Source: an uncultured virus (IMG/VR IMGVR_UViG_3300042257_000362)
Taxonomy: Duplodnaviria; Heunggongvirae; Uroviricota; Caudoviricetes
Direction: 5' to 3' (one strand)
DNA length: 64,000 nt
Virus record (IMG/VR): IMGVR_UViG_3300042257_000362
Span: 1-64,000 of that record
A model generated the notes under the pieces. That model searched no databases. It was not told the origin of the DNA and saw only the letters and a program-made list of their open reading frames with translations. Position numbers and translations under genes: made by a program. Position 1 is the first letter of the stretch, and each line of letters opens with the position of its first letter. Positions 55,412 through 64,000 of the stretch are shown in pieces.

Positions 55412-56257
55412 ATGATATTAGCCAAAACAATAGAAATTTATTTACCTACAGGAGATGCAAGTAAAGTAAGCCAAGCACGTATAACAACTGAGGCAATTAG
55501 GATTGTATATGTTGCAAAATCGGAAATTGAAAATAGAAAAATTGACCTAGATAATATTGGTTGCTATATTTTAGTTGGTGTCGATTCGGCAGGGGACAAG
55601 ATGGTTTATATAGGTGAATCAGAAAACATTTATACGAGACTACAGGACCACAAAAAGAAAAAAGACTTCTGGGATGGAGTCTATACTATTCAAAATCTTA
55701 GTGGCACATTTGATAAAGCTCATTTGACATATTTAGAACAACTAATGATACAAAAAGCACTTGAGACAGATCGCTTCAAAGTTGAAAATGGTAATGGAGG
55801 GAAATATACATCAATTCCTGAATCAAAGATGAATGAGTGCTTAGTTTATTTTGAGACCATTAAAACACTTGTAAAGGCATTAGGATTCAATGTGTTTGTA
55901 CCTGAAATTGAAAAGGAGCAATTAACTGATGAGACGTACTTCTATTTCAAAAGCAAAGACGACTTGTGGGATGCTCAAGGTGTATATGTTGATGAGAAGT
56001 TTATCGTTCTAAAAGGTTCCATTGCACGATCAGAACCGACAAAACACAAACGAGCTTCTAATGAACTAAAGTTTAGAGATAAATTAATCGATGAAGGTAT
56101 TATTGAAGAACGAAATGGTAGCCTTACTTTCGTTAAGGACTATGGATTTAACTCTCCAAGTACAGCTGCAGATATTGTTTCGTTAGGAAGTAATAGTGGT
56201 TGGAAAGTTTGGAAAACTAAAGATGGGAAAGCACTAGAGGAAGTCTATCCGAGATAG
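55412..56257 (+). CDS. GIY-YIG nuclease with DUF4357-like C-terminal domain
   Basis: GCYIL...VYIGESEN..RL; FNSPSTAA...SGWKVWK. Confidence 0.85.
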   Translation: MILAKTIEIYLPTGDASKVSQARITTEAIRIVYVAKSEIENRKIDLDNIGCYILVGVDSAGDKMVYIGESENIYTRLQDHKKKKDFWDGVYTIQNLSGTFDKAHLTYLEQLMIQKALETDRFKVENGNGGKYTSIPESKMNECLVYFETIKTLVKALGFNVFVPEIEKEQLTDETYFYFKSKDDLWDAQGVYVDEKFIVLKGSIARSEPTKHKRASNELKFRDKLIDEGIIEERNGSLTFVKDYGFNSPSTAADIVSLGSNSGWKVWKTKDGKALEEVYPR

Positions 56258-56285
56258 AAAGTGTTTAATGTGTATGGGAGGAAAT

Positions 56286-56915
56286 ATGAAATCAAAAAAC
56301 TATAAAGAATTAAAGTTCACTGGGATAACATTCACAAGACGTATTTACATGGATGAAGACATGACTCACTATTTTGGATTTGATGAAGATGGTGAAATCA
56401 TAAAAGAAGCAACTGAACCAACTATGATGTTTTCACTCGGTGGGACTAAAGAAGAGTTTGAAAACTTCATTTCAAGGGCAATAGAAGACATAAATATTCT
56501 TAGTTGGAAAGATGAATATAGACCTACTGAAACTGTATTAGATGGTGAAGAATGGAAGATTACCATTCACATAGAAAATGATGACGACATTGAAATATTT
56601 GGAATAAATGCTTATCCAGATAATTTTGTAGATTTCATAGTTCTGTGTACTGAGTTCAACTTCGGACCATATGAGTTGGTTGATGATGAAACTTCATATG
56701 ATTTAGGTGTTGAAGAATGGTATGATGATTTTCTAGAGGAAATTGAGGAATTAGAATCCAAACTTATATGTCCTAAGTGTTCAAGTGATTACATGGTTCA
56801 CACAGATCCAATGGGATATACATTTCTTTGTGGGGATTGTGGAAATGTGTATGAATACGAAGATGGTAAGTTTAAAGCACATTTTGAATTTGAGAAGAAA
56901 GCAAATGAAGAATAG
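56286..56915 (+). CDS. Acidic hypothetical protein with C-terminal zinc ribbon
   Basis: LDGEEW...GINAYP; CPKC...CGDC. Confidence 0.65.
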   Translation: MKSKNYKELKFTGITFTRRIYMDEDMTHYFGFDEDGEIIKEATEPTMMFSLGGTKEEFENFISRAIEDINILSWKDEYRPTETVLDGEEWKITIHIENDDDIEIFGINAYPDNFVDFIVLCTEFNFGPYELVDDETSYDLGVEEWYDDFLEEIEELESKLICPKCSSDYMVHTDPMGYTFLCGDCGNVYEYEDGKFKAHFEFEKKANEE

Positions 56916-56925
56916 ATAAATGAAT

Positions 56926-56963
56926 AGCGACCCAGCTCTTAATTGAGTTGAGTCGCTTTTTTT
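56926..56963. terminator. Terminator between convergent genes
   Basis: AGCGACCCAGCTC...GAGTTGAGTCGCT plus T-run. Confidence 0.72.
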
Positions 56964-57163
56964 TATTTGTCTATATATTCCATGATGTCCTTAAAATCGC
57001 ACTTTAAAGCTTTGCAGATTTTACATAGAACGTCTGTTGTAACATTCTGACCTTTTGTCATTTTTGCTATGGAAGATGAACTTACTCCAGAGAGCTTAAT
57101 GAGCTCTTTTTTATTTAGCCCCTTATCGATTAGTAGTTTCCATAATTTATTATAACTAACCAT
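56963..57163 (-). CDS. Xre/Cro-C1 HTH transcriptional regulator
   Basis: Near-identical to 944..1144. Confidence 0.88.
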   Translation of the reverse strand: MVSYNKLWKLLIDKGLNKKELIKLSGVSSSSIAKMTKGQNVTTDVLCKICKALKCDFKDIMEYIDK

Positions 57164-57174
57164 TAGATTTCCTC

Positions 57175-58977
57175 CTAATTTTTTCTAATGCCTTTTAGTA
57201 ATCCATATCGGCCTTTGTTCTCACTTTTTGTAAATTCTATAATACTAATATTTGGATCGGTGTTAATATCTTTTGAAAGATCACCAGGAACAATGTTTTC
57301 CATAATAATAATTTGATCATCTCCATAATTATTAATAACGTAGTTAAAAAACCCTTTTCTAACGTTTTCATCTTGTTGAACTCCTTCTGGCATCTGTATA
57401 CCATGCAAAGGAGAATCTAATAAATAGAAGTGAGGGTTCTTGATAGCAACTTCATTGATGTATTCACGCATAGAGAGAATCATTATTGAATTGAGTAATG
57501 CTCTTACACCTTTTCCATGTGTCTTTTTTTCATCTCCATTAACAATTATATCGAGTTTAGATAAATCAAATTCCGCTGAATTTGCTGGAGTATATTTACA
57601 TCTCTTTAGTATTGATAGGTATGTCTTATTTATAGTAGAGATAAAATCATCTGCAAATAACTCTTTTGGTTTATATGCACGTTTTTCACTTACCGTAGAG
57701 TCAAGATGGGATAAATCATTCTCAAAGTTATCAAGCAAAGAATTGATTAATTCTAAATCATTCGATGCTTTTACATAGGCTGAGTATTGACTAATTTTTT
57801 GAGTAATAGATACTTTTTGCGGTTTTAATTCGGTGCTTAGCAGATTGTCGATAGATTTCTTTTTCTTTTTCAAATCTTTAAGCTCATCTAAATAACTAGA
57901 AACTTCAAAATCTATATCTATTAGTGTTTGAGATAAAGACATACTGTTATTTAGTATTTTAACAACTTCAGCTCTCGAAGATTCCAAATAAGAAGCTTCT
58001 TGTTCCTTTTCTAATTCCCCATTGCAGAACGGGCAGTTATGTGGTGATTCATGCTTGTGGATTATATCCTCACCTTGAATGATGAAACCTAACCTCTCAA
58101 TGTCAGCAATATATTGAGATTCGAGTGCTTTGTATCTGTTTTGAGTTATCTTTCTTGTTCTAATTAATTCTTCTTTCTTGGTTATCTCGGAGCTTACATT
58201 TCTCATATCATTTATTGTTGATGAAATGAGTGAATTTGTCTTGTCAAGCTCGGTTTGGAGATCTTCAATTAAATTCTCAAGATATGTATTATCTCCATTT
58301 TTCTCAGACAAGAATTTTTCAAGTGAGTCTTTTTGCTGCAAAAACTTTTCTTTATTACTAATGATATACTTTTGAACAGCAGCTCTTTTAGCAGCTTTGG
58401 TTTTTTTATTTTCTTCTGCATCAAACTCTGAATAATCTTGTTCATATAAAATATACAATAAGCATGATAAGAATGAAGTTGTGTTTTGAACAATGTCAGG
58501 AGTCAATATAGGTTTTTCTAACTCAGTATTATCCTCATGTACAAATAGTAGTGGTTTTAGACTTCGAAATGAAAAAGCCTCAGTTTGACCATCTTCATTT
58601 TTAGGTACTTGTAGCGATACAGGTATATCTAATATCTCAGAAAAGACTTCTCTAATGTTATCTTTTTTTCCACTAACTTTATAAATCTTATTCTTTATAC
58701 CATCATTAACGAGAATTTTATTTTCACCGATTTTTCTAGTTAATGTAATATGCGAATTGTCCTTCCTTACTTCCATAGAAATAGTATCATATCCAATTGA
58801 AGTATCAAAAGGTGCGTTCTTATTGCTAGAGCCTAAAAGATAATAAATTGACTTAAACACATATGTTTTACCGGTATCAGAAGGGCCAAAAATCAACGTT
58901 AGGTTTTCACCAAATGTGATTTCTGAGATTCCTTTAGTTCCAGTAAAAGTTAGTTTATTTATGTGAAATTTTCCCAT
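57175..58977 (-). CDS. SMC/Rad50-like ABC ATPase of ABC-3C system, copy 2
   Basis: GPSDTGKT, CPFC hook, YLLDSP. Confidence 0.85.
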   Translation of the reverse strand: MGKFHINKLTFTGTKGISEITFGENLTLIFGPSDTGKTYVFKSIYYLLGSSNKNAPFDTSIGYDTISMEVRKDNSHITLTRKIGENKILVNDGIKNKIYKVSGKKDNIREVFSEILDIPVSLQVPKNEDGQTEAFSFRSLKPLLFVHEDNTELEKPILTPDIVQNTTSFLSCLLYILYEQDYSEFDAEENKKTKAAKRAAVQKYIISNKEKFLQQKDSLEKFLSEKNGDNTYLENLIEDLQTELDKTNSLISSTINDMRNVSSEITKKEELIRTRKITQNRYKALESQYIADIERLGFIIQGEDIIHKHESPHNCPFCNGELEKEQEASYLESSRAEVVKILNNSMSLSQTLIDIDFEVSSYLDELKDLKKKKKSIDNLLSTELKPQKVSITQKISQYSAYVKASNDLELINSLLDNFENDLSHLDSTVSEKRAYKPKELFADDFISTINKTYLSILKRCKYTPANSAEFDLSKLDIIVNGDEKKTHGKGVRALLNSIMILSMREYINEVAIKNPHFYLLDSPLHGIQMPEGVQQDENVRKGFFNYVINNYGDDQIIIMENIVPGDLSKDINTDPNISIIEFTKSENKGRYGLLKGIRKN

Positions 58978-58982
58978 ATAAG

Positions 58983-59420
58983 TTATTCCCTCCTAACAGA
59001 TTCTTTTGTAGCATAATTGATTAATTTTTCATCGGTCCAATTTTGCGTTTTTTGAATAATCAATCTGACACTATCAATATACTTTTTAAAATAATCAGTT
59101 TCCATTTTTTCACAAACCTTACGACCATCCTCACTGATAATATATGTAAATCCATAAGCGTTTTGAAGTGGCATTAGTAATCCGGATAAAACGAGAGTGT
59201 TTATTGATTGGGAAACCTGATATCTTCGTGATGCAATTTCGCTAAAGCTATATGAACTGTCTCCGTGAAGATTAAATTCCAAAAAACCATAGTTTTTTCC
59301 ATAACTTGAAAACAAATCAATAGTTGTAATATGATCAACTGATATTGGAGCTCTCATCACATTTGTTATAACGAGAACTCTTAATGATATTTCAAGTTCA
59401 GAATTAAATATCTGTGTCAT
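58983..59420 (-). CDS. ABC-3C middle component, copy 2
   Basis: IFNSELEISLR; LHGD..SFSEIASRR. Confidence 0.8.
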   Translation of the reverse strand: MTQIFNSELEISLRVLVITNVMRAPISVDHITTIDLFSSYGKNYGFLEFNLHGDSSYSFSEIASRRYQVSQSINTLVLSGLLMPLQNAYGFTYIISEDGRKVCEKMETDYFKKYIDSVRLIIQKTQNWTDEKLINYATKESVRRE

Positions 59421-60357
59421 AATCAACCACCCACTCAATCTTCCCTTCATTAACTAGCATATGAACCATTCCTTGTTTTTCAGGGTTTCCAATAATGCCA
59501 TTATTGTCTCTAGTTAAAATGTTTTTGCTAAAGGTAATATCAACAACTTTTTGCATTGTACTATCAACTCTTTCGAGAGCATTCTTATACTCTTTCATGA
59601 TAGTAATTTCAATACCAGAAAGTAAATCTGCTTTCGCTTCGTTAAACTCGTATTCTCCATCTGGAAATACATCTCTAATTTGATGAAGAACACTCTCGGC
59701 GTTAAAATAATTTTCTCTTTGTAATTTAAAATGTTTTTCATATCTTGGATGCATTGATTTTAGATCAGTTAATGATATTGATCCGAATTTTTCTGATTGT
59801 GCATAGACACGTAGTAAGGCATCAACATACCGTATTTCATTTTTTATTATAGCTTCTGTAGGGACAAGCTTATCTAATAAATTTACTGTCTTACCTCCGA
59901 TTTTAACTTGGTTGTGACCGATAAAAACTGCATCACGTATTGAAGCTGAAGGCTTCACGTTTATAACGTAATAGAGTATGGTATCTAAGACCTTAGTAAT
60001 ATCTTTTTCAAAATTATCAAAAGTTATGGTGAAATTATAAGTCGCAAACTGTGAAATCATTCCATTTCTAGCATCCTCAGAGAGATCTTCTGAAAATATT
60101 TCAAATGTATAATAATCCAAATTTTCTTTTATATAAGAGGCGCAATCTACAGGTAAAGATTCTACTCCATTGAAAACCTTAAGTAAAAACCCATCTTTTC
60201 TCTTCTCGATTGGATTAGCTGAATCCACTGCGGATACAAATGCATTCAAATAAGTCTTTAATTTGTCTGCTTTTGTAACCCTACCAGATTTAGAACCGCT
60301 TAAGACTTTATGACTAAAATATTGTTCCATTATTGATAAAAAATCATTTAGTTTCAT
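59404..60357 (-). CDS. ABC-3C first component, copy 2
   Basis: Homologous to 3385..4341; KQGMVHMLVNEGKIEWV. Confidence 0.75.
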   Translation of the reverse strand: MKLNDFLSIMEQYFSHKVLSGSKSGRVTKADKLKTYLNAFVSAVDSANPIEKRKDGFLLKVFNGVESLPVDCASYIKENLDYYTFEIFSEDLSEDARNGMISQFATYNFTITFDNFEKDITKVLDTILYYVINVKPSASIRDAVFIGHNQVKIGGKTVNLLDKLVPTEAIIKNEIRYVDALLRVYAQSEKFGSISLTDLKSMHPRYEKHFKLQRENYFNAESVLHQIRDVFPDGEYEFNEAKADLLSGIEITIMKEYKNALERVDSTMQKVVDITFSKNILTRDNNGIIGNPEKQGMVHMLVNEGKIEWVVDYDTDI

Positions 60358-60609
60358 AGAATTTATCCTCCCTAATGAAATCGGAGCCAGAAATACACTC
60401 CACCTAGCTCTTAAGTCAAAATTCTAGTTGGTGTAATATAATGTCGTAATGAAAATTGACTGATAGTAATTTTCTTTATTATATCAAAAAACGGATGCAT
60501 CTACAATCTTATTACAAATTATTGCTTTGCAATAGTGATATTAAAGTTTGATAACGCATGCTTATCCATTACTAGTGTGGATTTCGCAAAAGCATGTAGA
60601 AATAATTAA

Positions 60610-60747
60610 GCAGAACTAACCATTGCGAGGAAAGTCTGCAAAATAAATGGATATACTCATATACCATTCTTTTTGCTGACGCCTATAAACTGCCTACATA
60701 CTACGAAAAGAGTATCTCCATTAATTCAAAAATGGAGGTATTTTTTT
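60610..60747 (+). ncRNA. Putative structured cis-regulatory leader RNA (copy 2)
   Basis: Conserved blocks and pairings with 4601-4745. Confidence 0.65.
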
Positions 60748-61380
60748 ATGAAATTACGTAAAACACCAATCTCGAAAAGAATGACATACACCTATTTTTT
60801 TGCTAACGGAGATAAGGTCATCCTGGAACCAGGAAGATCAACAACGATTTATGCATCCGGTGGTAGAACCATACAAGTTGATGAATCTATCACTGAAATC
60901 ACAATTACCGAACTTCACAGACAAGATGATGCTGAAGTAAGAGCAAACCTTAAATATATCAACTGTGAAAGCAACATAGAGCGACAAGCACGCATAGCTA
61001 ATAAAAAGAAGTGGGCTATGGAACATCCTGAAGAAGTTAATCCATATGACAAACCACCAAGAATCATGAATCTCGATGCATTTAATGATGATGAAAACTC
61101 ACAAGACGATAAAAGCAGTCTGTTATATAAAGCATCTATTTACTCAGAGCAAATCAACTCTGATGATAATTATGAAAAGCTCGAGCTCATCAAAGAGTTT
61201 GTTGCTACATTACCAACTACCATGCAAGAGATGTTTGACCTTATCTATATTCAAGAACTAAAACAATCAGATGTTTGCTCGATTTTAGGTATATCAAAAA
61301 GCACGGTATCAGAACGTGTAAAAACACTTAACAAAAAAATAATTGAACATTTTTCAAACCAACCCGAACTTTTGAGATAA
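60748..61380 (+). CDS. Sigma-70 region-4-type factor (different allele from element I)
   Basis: LPTTMQEMFDLIY..ELKQSDVCSILGISKSTVSERV HTH; start re-assigned to 60748. Confidence 0.75.
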   Translation: MKLRKTPISKRMTYTYFFANGDKVILEPGRSTTIYASGGRTIQVDESITEITITELHRQDDAEVRANLKYINCESNIERQARIANKKKWAMEHPEEVNPYDKPPRIMNLDAFNDDENSQDDKSSLLYKASIYSEQINSDDNYEKLELIKEFVATLPTTMQEMFDLIYIQELKQSDVCSILGISKSTVSERVKTLNKKIIEHFSNQPELLR

Positions 61381-61400
61381 AAATGCGGACTAAGATTTAG
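61361..61400 (+). promoter_or_regulatory. Candidate promoter motif B for the second sigma-like factor
   Basis: AACCCGAACTTTT-N10-TGCGGACTA-N-GATTTAG; duplicated at 35359. Confidence 0.7.
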
Positions 61401-61435
61401 AAGGCAAAAAAGCACTTCTAGAAAAGAGGAAAAAT

Positions 61436-61663
61436 ATGCAATCCAAAAAGCATAGAGTTCGCATTAATTTAGCGGACAAAAGGAGTAGGAATACCAACAT
61501 CATCGAGACTATGGATGAGACACTTCCAAAAAAACTATTCAATAAGTTATTCGGTAAGAAAAAACGAGTCTTGATTATTGCTCCAAGTGATTCGGTAACA
61601 GGCATTGAAATATATGAAGAGGTAGGTGAAAGAAATGTCAAGAAGCCCAACGGTTCACAGTAG
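61436..61663 (+). CDS. Small hypothetical phage protein
   Basis: AGAGG RBS; occupies the slot of 5410..5586 but is unrelated. Confidence 0.65.
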   Translation: MQSKKHRVRINLADKRSRNTNIIETMDETLPKKLFNKLFGKKKRVLIIAPSDSVTGIEIYEEVGERNVKKPNGSQ

Positions 61664-62816
61664 AAAGTATAGCCCAAGTAAAAGTAGTATCTGGCTAAAC
61701 TGTCCACTTAGTACATTCTACAACAACACAAAACATCAAGAAGTAAGTCCACAAGCAGAGTTCGGAACGCAATGTCATGAGTTAGGTGCTGCACTCATTA
61801 GTAAGTCATTAGGATTAATCGATTATGACAGTGAAGTTAAACCAATTGATGAACTAATCAAAGAACTCGATATGTATTCAGATGAAATGCAGGATATAGC
61901 GGATGGGTATGCGAACTTTGTAATTAACACCATTGAGTTTGAAAAGAAACGATCTGATGCAGAACCATTTGTAGTTATCGAACAACACCTGGATATGGAT
62001 TTTGATGAAGACGCAAAAGGGACACTTGACTGCGGAATCATCTCATCTATGAATGGTGGAACACTTACAGTTATTGATTTAAAGACAGGTAGATTACCAG
62101 TGTATGCATTTGACACAGAAGAAGACTCGTTCAACACACAACTTGCCATATATGCACTTTACCTATACAAGGTATACAAAGACTTATATCCAGTTAATAA
62201 AGTAAGGCTTGTAATTTACCAACCTGTTATCAATAACACCAATGAATACGAGATGGATTTAGAAGAGTTATTGAAGTTTGAAACAGAAGTATTATTGCCA
62301 GCAGTCGAAAAAACAAGAACAGGATATCTAGAAGGAAATACGGGTAAACATTGCAGATACTGTTCCGGAAGATTTATGTGTGTAAAAAGAGGAGATGAAT
62401 TTATAAAAATGTCAAAAGAATTAATAAAACCTTTGTCAGTTCACTCTGATGAAAAGATAGAAGAATTTTTACCAAAGCTAGATGACTATATACGTTATGC
62501 AAATGAGCTGAAAGAGTTCGCAATCAATCGAGCAAAAAACGGTCATAAATGGAATGGATTTAAGTTGGTTCATGCTCGAGTTTCAAGAAAAGTAACAGAC
62601 GAAGCTGGGTTGATAAAGGCTTGTGAAGAAGTTGGAATTGATCCATATGGTGCACAAAAAGTCGCAGGAATTACAGAACTGACCAAACGAATCGGTAAAG
62701 ACAAAGTCACTAGCATTATCGGACCCTACATTACGATGCAAACAGGTTCCATGATACTAGTGCCAGAAACAGATCCTCGTGAAGAGGTAACAACAATAGA
62801 AGAAGGAGAAAAATAA
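61635..62816 (+). CDS. DUF2800 family nuclease, copy 2
   Basis: Homologous to 5558..6739. Confidence 0.85.
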   Translation: MSRSPTVHSRKYSPSKSSIWLNCPLSTFYNNTKHQEVSPQAEFGTQCHELGAALISKSLGLIDYDSEVKPIDELIKELDMYSDEMQDIADGYANFVINTIEFEKKRSDAEPFVVIEQHLDMDFDEDAKGTLDCGIISSMNGGTLTVIDLKTGRLPVYAFDTEEDSFNTQLAIYALYLYKVYKDLYPVNKVRLVIYQPVINNTNEYEMDLEELLKFETEVLLPAVEKTRTGYLEGNTGKHCRYCSGRFMCVKRGDEFIKMSKELIKPLSVHSDEKIEEFLPKLDDYIRYANELKEFAINRAKNGHKWNGFKLVHARVSRKVTDEAGLIKACEEVGIDPYGAQKVAGITELTKRIGKDKVTSIIGPYITMQTGSMILVPETDPREEVTTIEEGEK

Positions 62817-62817
62817 A

Positions 62818-63786
62818 ATGTTGAATATTATTGAAGGAAAAGAACAACGCCCAAAGAAAATCGTCATTTATGGACCAGAAGGAATCGGAAAGTCGACATT
62901 CGCGAGTCAATTTCCTGATCCACTATTTATTGATACTGAGGGCGGAACAAGCAATTTAGATGTAAGAAGAATCAAATGTAACAAATCATGGAATGAACTA
63001 ATTGCCATAGTAAAAGAAATCCATGTGAATCCACATATTTGTAAGACTGTCGTATTGGATACAGCTGACTGGTCTGAAACGTTATGTACAAATGCTGTAT
63101 GTGAAAAGTACCGAAAAAACAATATAGAAGATTTTGGATATGGTAAGGGTTATGTCTACTTAGTGGATGAGTTTGCAAGGTTACTTACTCTACTTGACCG
63201 GTTAATCGAAGTAGGTATCAATGTTGTGATTACTGCTCATGCCAAGCCACGTAAATTTGAACTACCAGAAGAACAAGGATCATTTGACAGATACGAGATG
63301 AAACTATCAAGACAAGTAGCTCCTTTAATCAAAGAGTGGAGTGACGCATTATTCTTTGTGAATTACAAGATCTATGTCGTTACAACTGATACCAATAAGA
63401 AAAAAGCTCAAGGTGGGAAACGTGTTTTATATACCACACATAATCCAACTTATGATGCAAAGAACAGATTCGATTTACCAGAAGAACTTGAACTTGATTT
63501 TAAAGCTATCTCACATCTATTTGAAATTTACGATGTCCCAGCAGATGAAGTAATGGACTACGACTCAAAAGATATTACAACGTTAGCTTTTGTTGAAGAA
63601 CTTAGAAAGAAATTGGAACAAGAAGACGTTACCGAAGAACAGTTGCAAAAAGTAGTAGCCGCAAAAGGTCACTATGAATTAGAAACACCAATTAGTGAAT
63701 ATTCAGACGATTTCATTACACGTTGGATTATTCCGAATTGGAAGAAGATTGTAGAAGCAATAAAAAATGAAAAAGGAGAACAATAA
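62818..63786 (+). CDS. AAA_24 (Sak4-like) protein, copy 2
   Basis: Highly similar to 6742..7716. Confidence 0.88.
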   Translation: MLNIIEGKEQRPKKIVIYGPEGIGKSTFASQFPDPLFIDTEGGTSNLDVRRIKCNKSWNELIAIVKEIHVNPHICKTVVLDTADWSETLCTNAVCEKYRKNNIEDFGYGKGYVYLVDEFARLLTLLDRLIEVGINVVITAHAKPRKFELPEEQGSFDRYEMKLSRQVAPLIKEWSDALFFVNYKIYVVTTDTNKKKAQGGKRVLYTTHNPTYDAKNRFDLPEELELDFKAISHLFEIYDVPADEVMDYDSKDITTLAFVEELRKKLEQEDVTEEQLQKVVAAKGHYELETPISEYSDDFITRWIIPNWKKIVEAIKNEKGEQ

Positions 63787-63788
63787 TC

Positions 63789-64000
63789 ATGGAAGAAAAT
63801 AAAAACATGTTGATGGACTGGAATGATTCCATCGAAGAAGACGGACAGGAGTTAGTCATATTACCAGAAGGTGATTACAACTTTATAGTAACTCATTTTG
63901 AACGAGGAAGATTTCCTGGAGGGGCTAAGATTCCTGCATGTAATAAAGCAACGATTACAGTACAAGTAGAATCCGAAGAAGGAAGAGCTATAGTGAAGTT
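63789..64000 (+). CDS. DUF669-like ssDNA-binding protein, copy 2 (partial, runs off window)
   Basis: MEENKNMLMDWNDSIEEDGQELVILPEGDY matches 7713..8168. Confidence 0.85.
   Translation, partial: MEENKNMLMDWNDSIEEDGQELVILPEGDYNFIVTHFERGRFPGGAKIPACNKATITVQVESEEGRAIVK

Larger units (their letters stand above)
52111..64000. mobile_element. Left arm of sister prophage (continues beyond window)
   Basis: HTH, ABC-3C, sigma-like, DUF2800, AAA_24 and SSB-like genes colinear with element I. Confidence 0.88.

Noticed and set aside
60673..60747. N-terminal extension of the second sigma-like ORF
   Set aside because: Lies in the conserved leader; RBS and alignment with copy 1 place the start at 60748.
1..64000. 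Genetic code 4 for the whole window
   Set aside because: Long ORFs use TGG for Trp and many end in TGA with ATGA coupling; only the 12985 cassette is anomalous.

Overview
Low-GC bacterial DNA read with the standard code (TGG = Trp, TGA = stop). The host is probably a wall-less Acholeplasmatales/Izemoplasmatales-type organism; this is inferred, not shown. After tRNA-Gln(CTG) and tRNA-Ser(GGA), almost the whole window is a cluster of related temperate siphophage elements that use paired large serine recombinases. Element I (~560-43241) is a near-complete HK97-type prophage with a deleted left tip. It carries an ABC-three-component/Lamassu-like operon, a sigma-like regulator, replication genes, a methyltransferase plus MetK, head and tail genes, holin-like genes but no endolysin, two recombinases and c-di-GMP cargo. 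A short host-like segment follows (hydrolase, truncated polar amino-acid ABC ATPase). Next is a second right arm (44942-52110) with a recombinase 3' remnant, GNATs and a nucleotidyltransferase + HEPN pair. An intact attP-like site is centred on 52110/52111. Beyond it is the left arm of a sister phage (HNH, type II R-M, GIY-YIG, second ABC-3C operon, a different sigma-like gene, replication genes) running off the window. Main unexplained signals: (1) a covarying switch-like leader RNA before both sigma-like genes, with an analogue in the late leader; (2) element I's recombinase operon carries promoter motifs matching both phages' sigma-like factors; (3) att geometry pointing to crossover at a tRNA 3' CCA; (4) a cGAS/DncV-like nucleotidyltransferase paired with an Abi-type HEPN nuclease. 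All assignments come from reading motifs by eye; no database searches were run.
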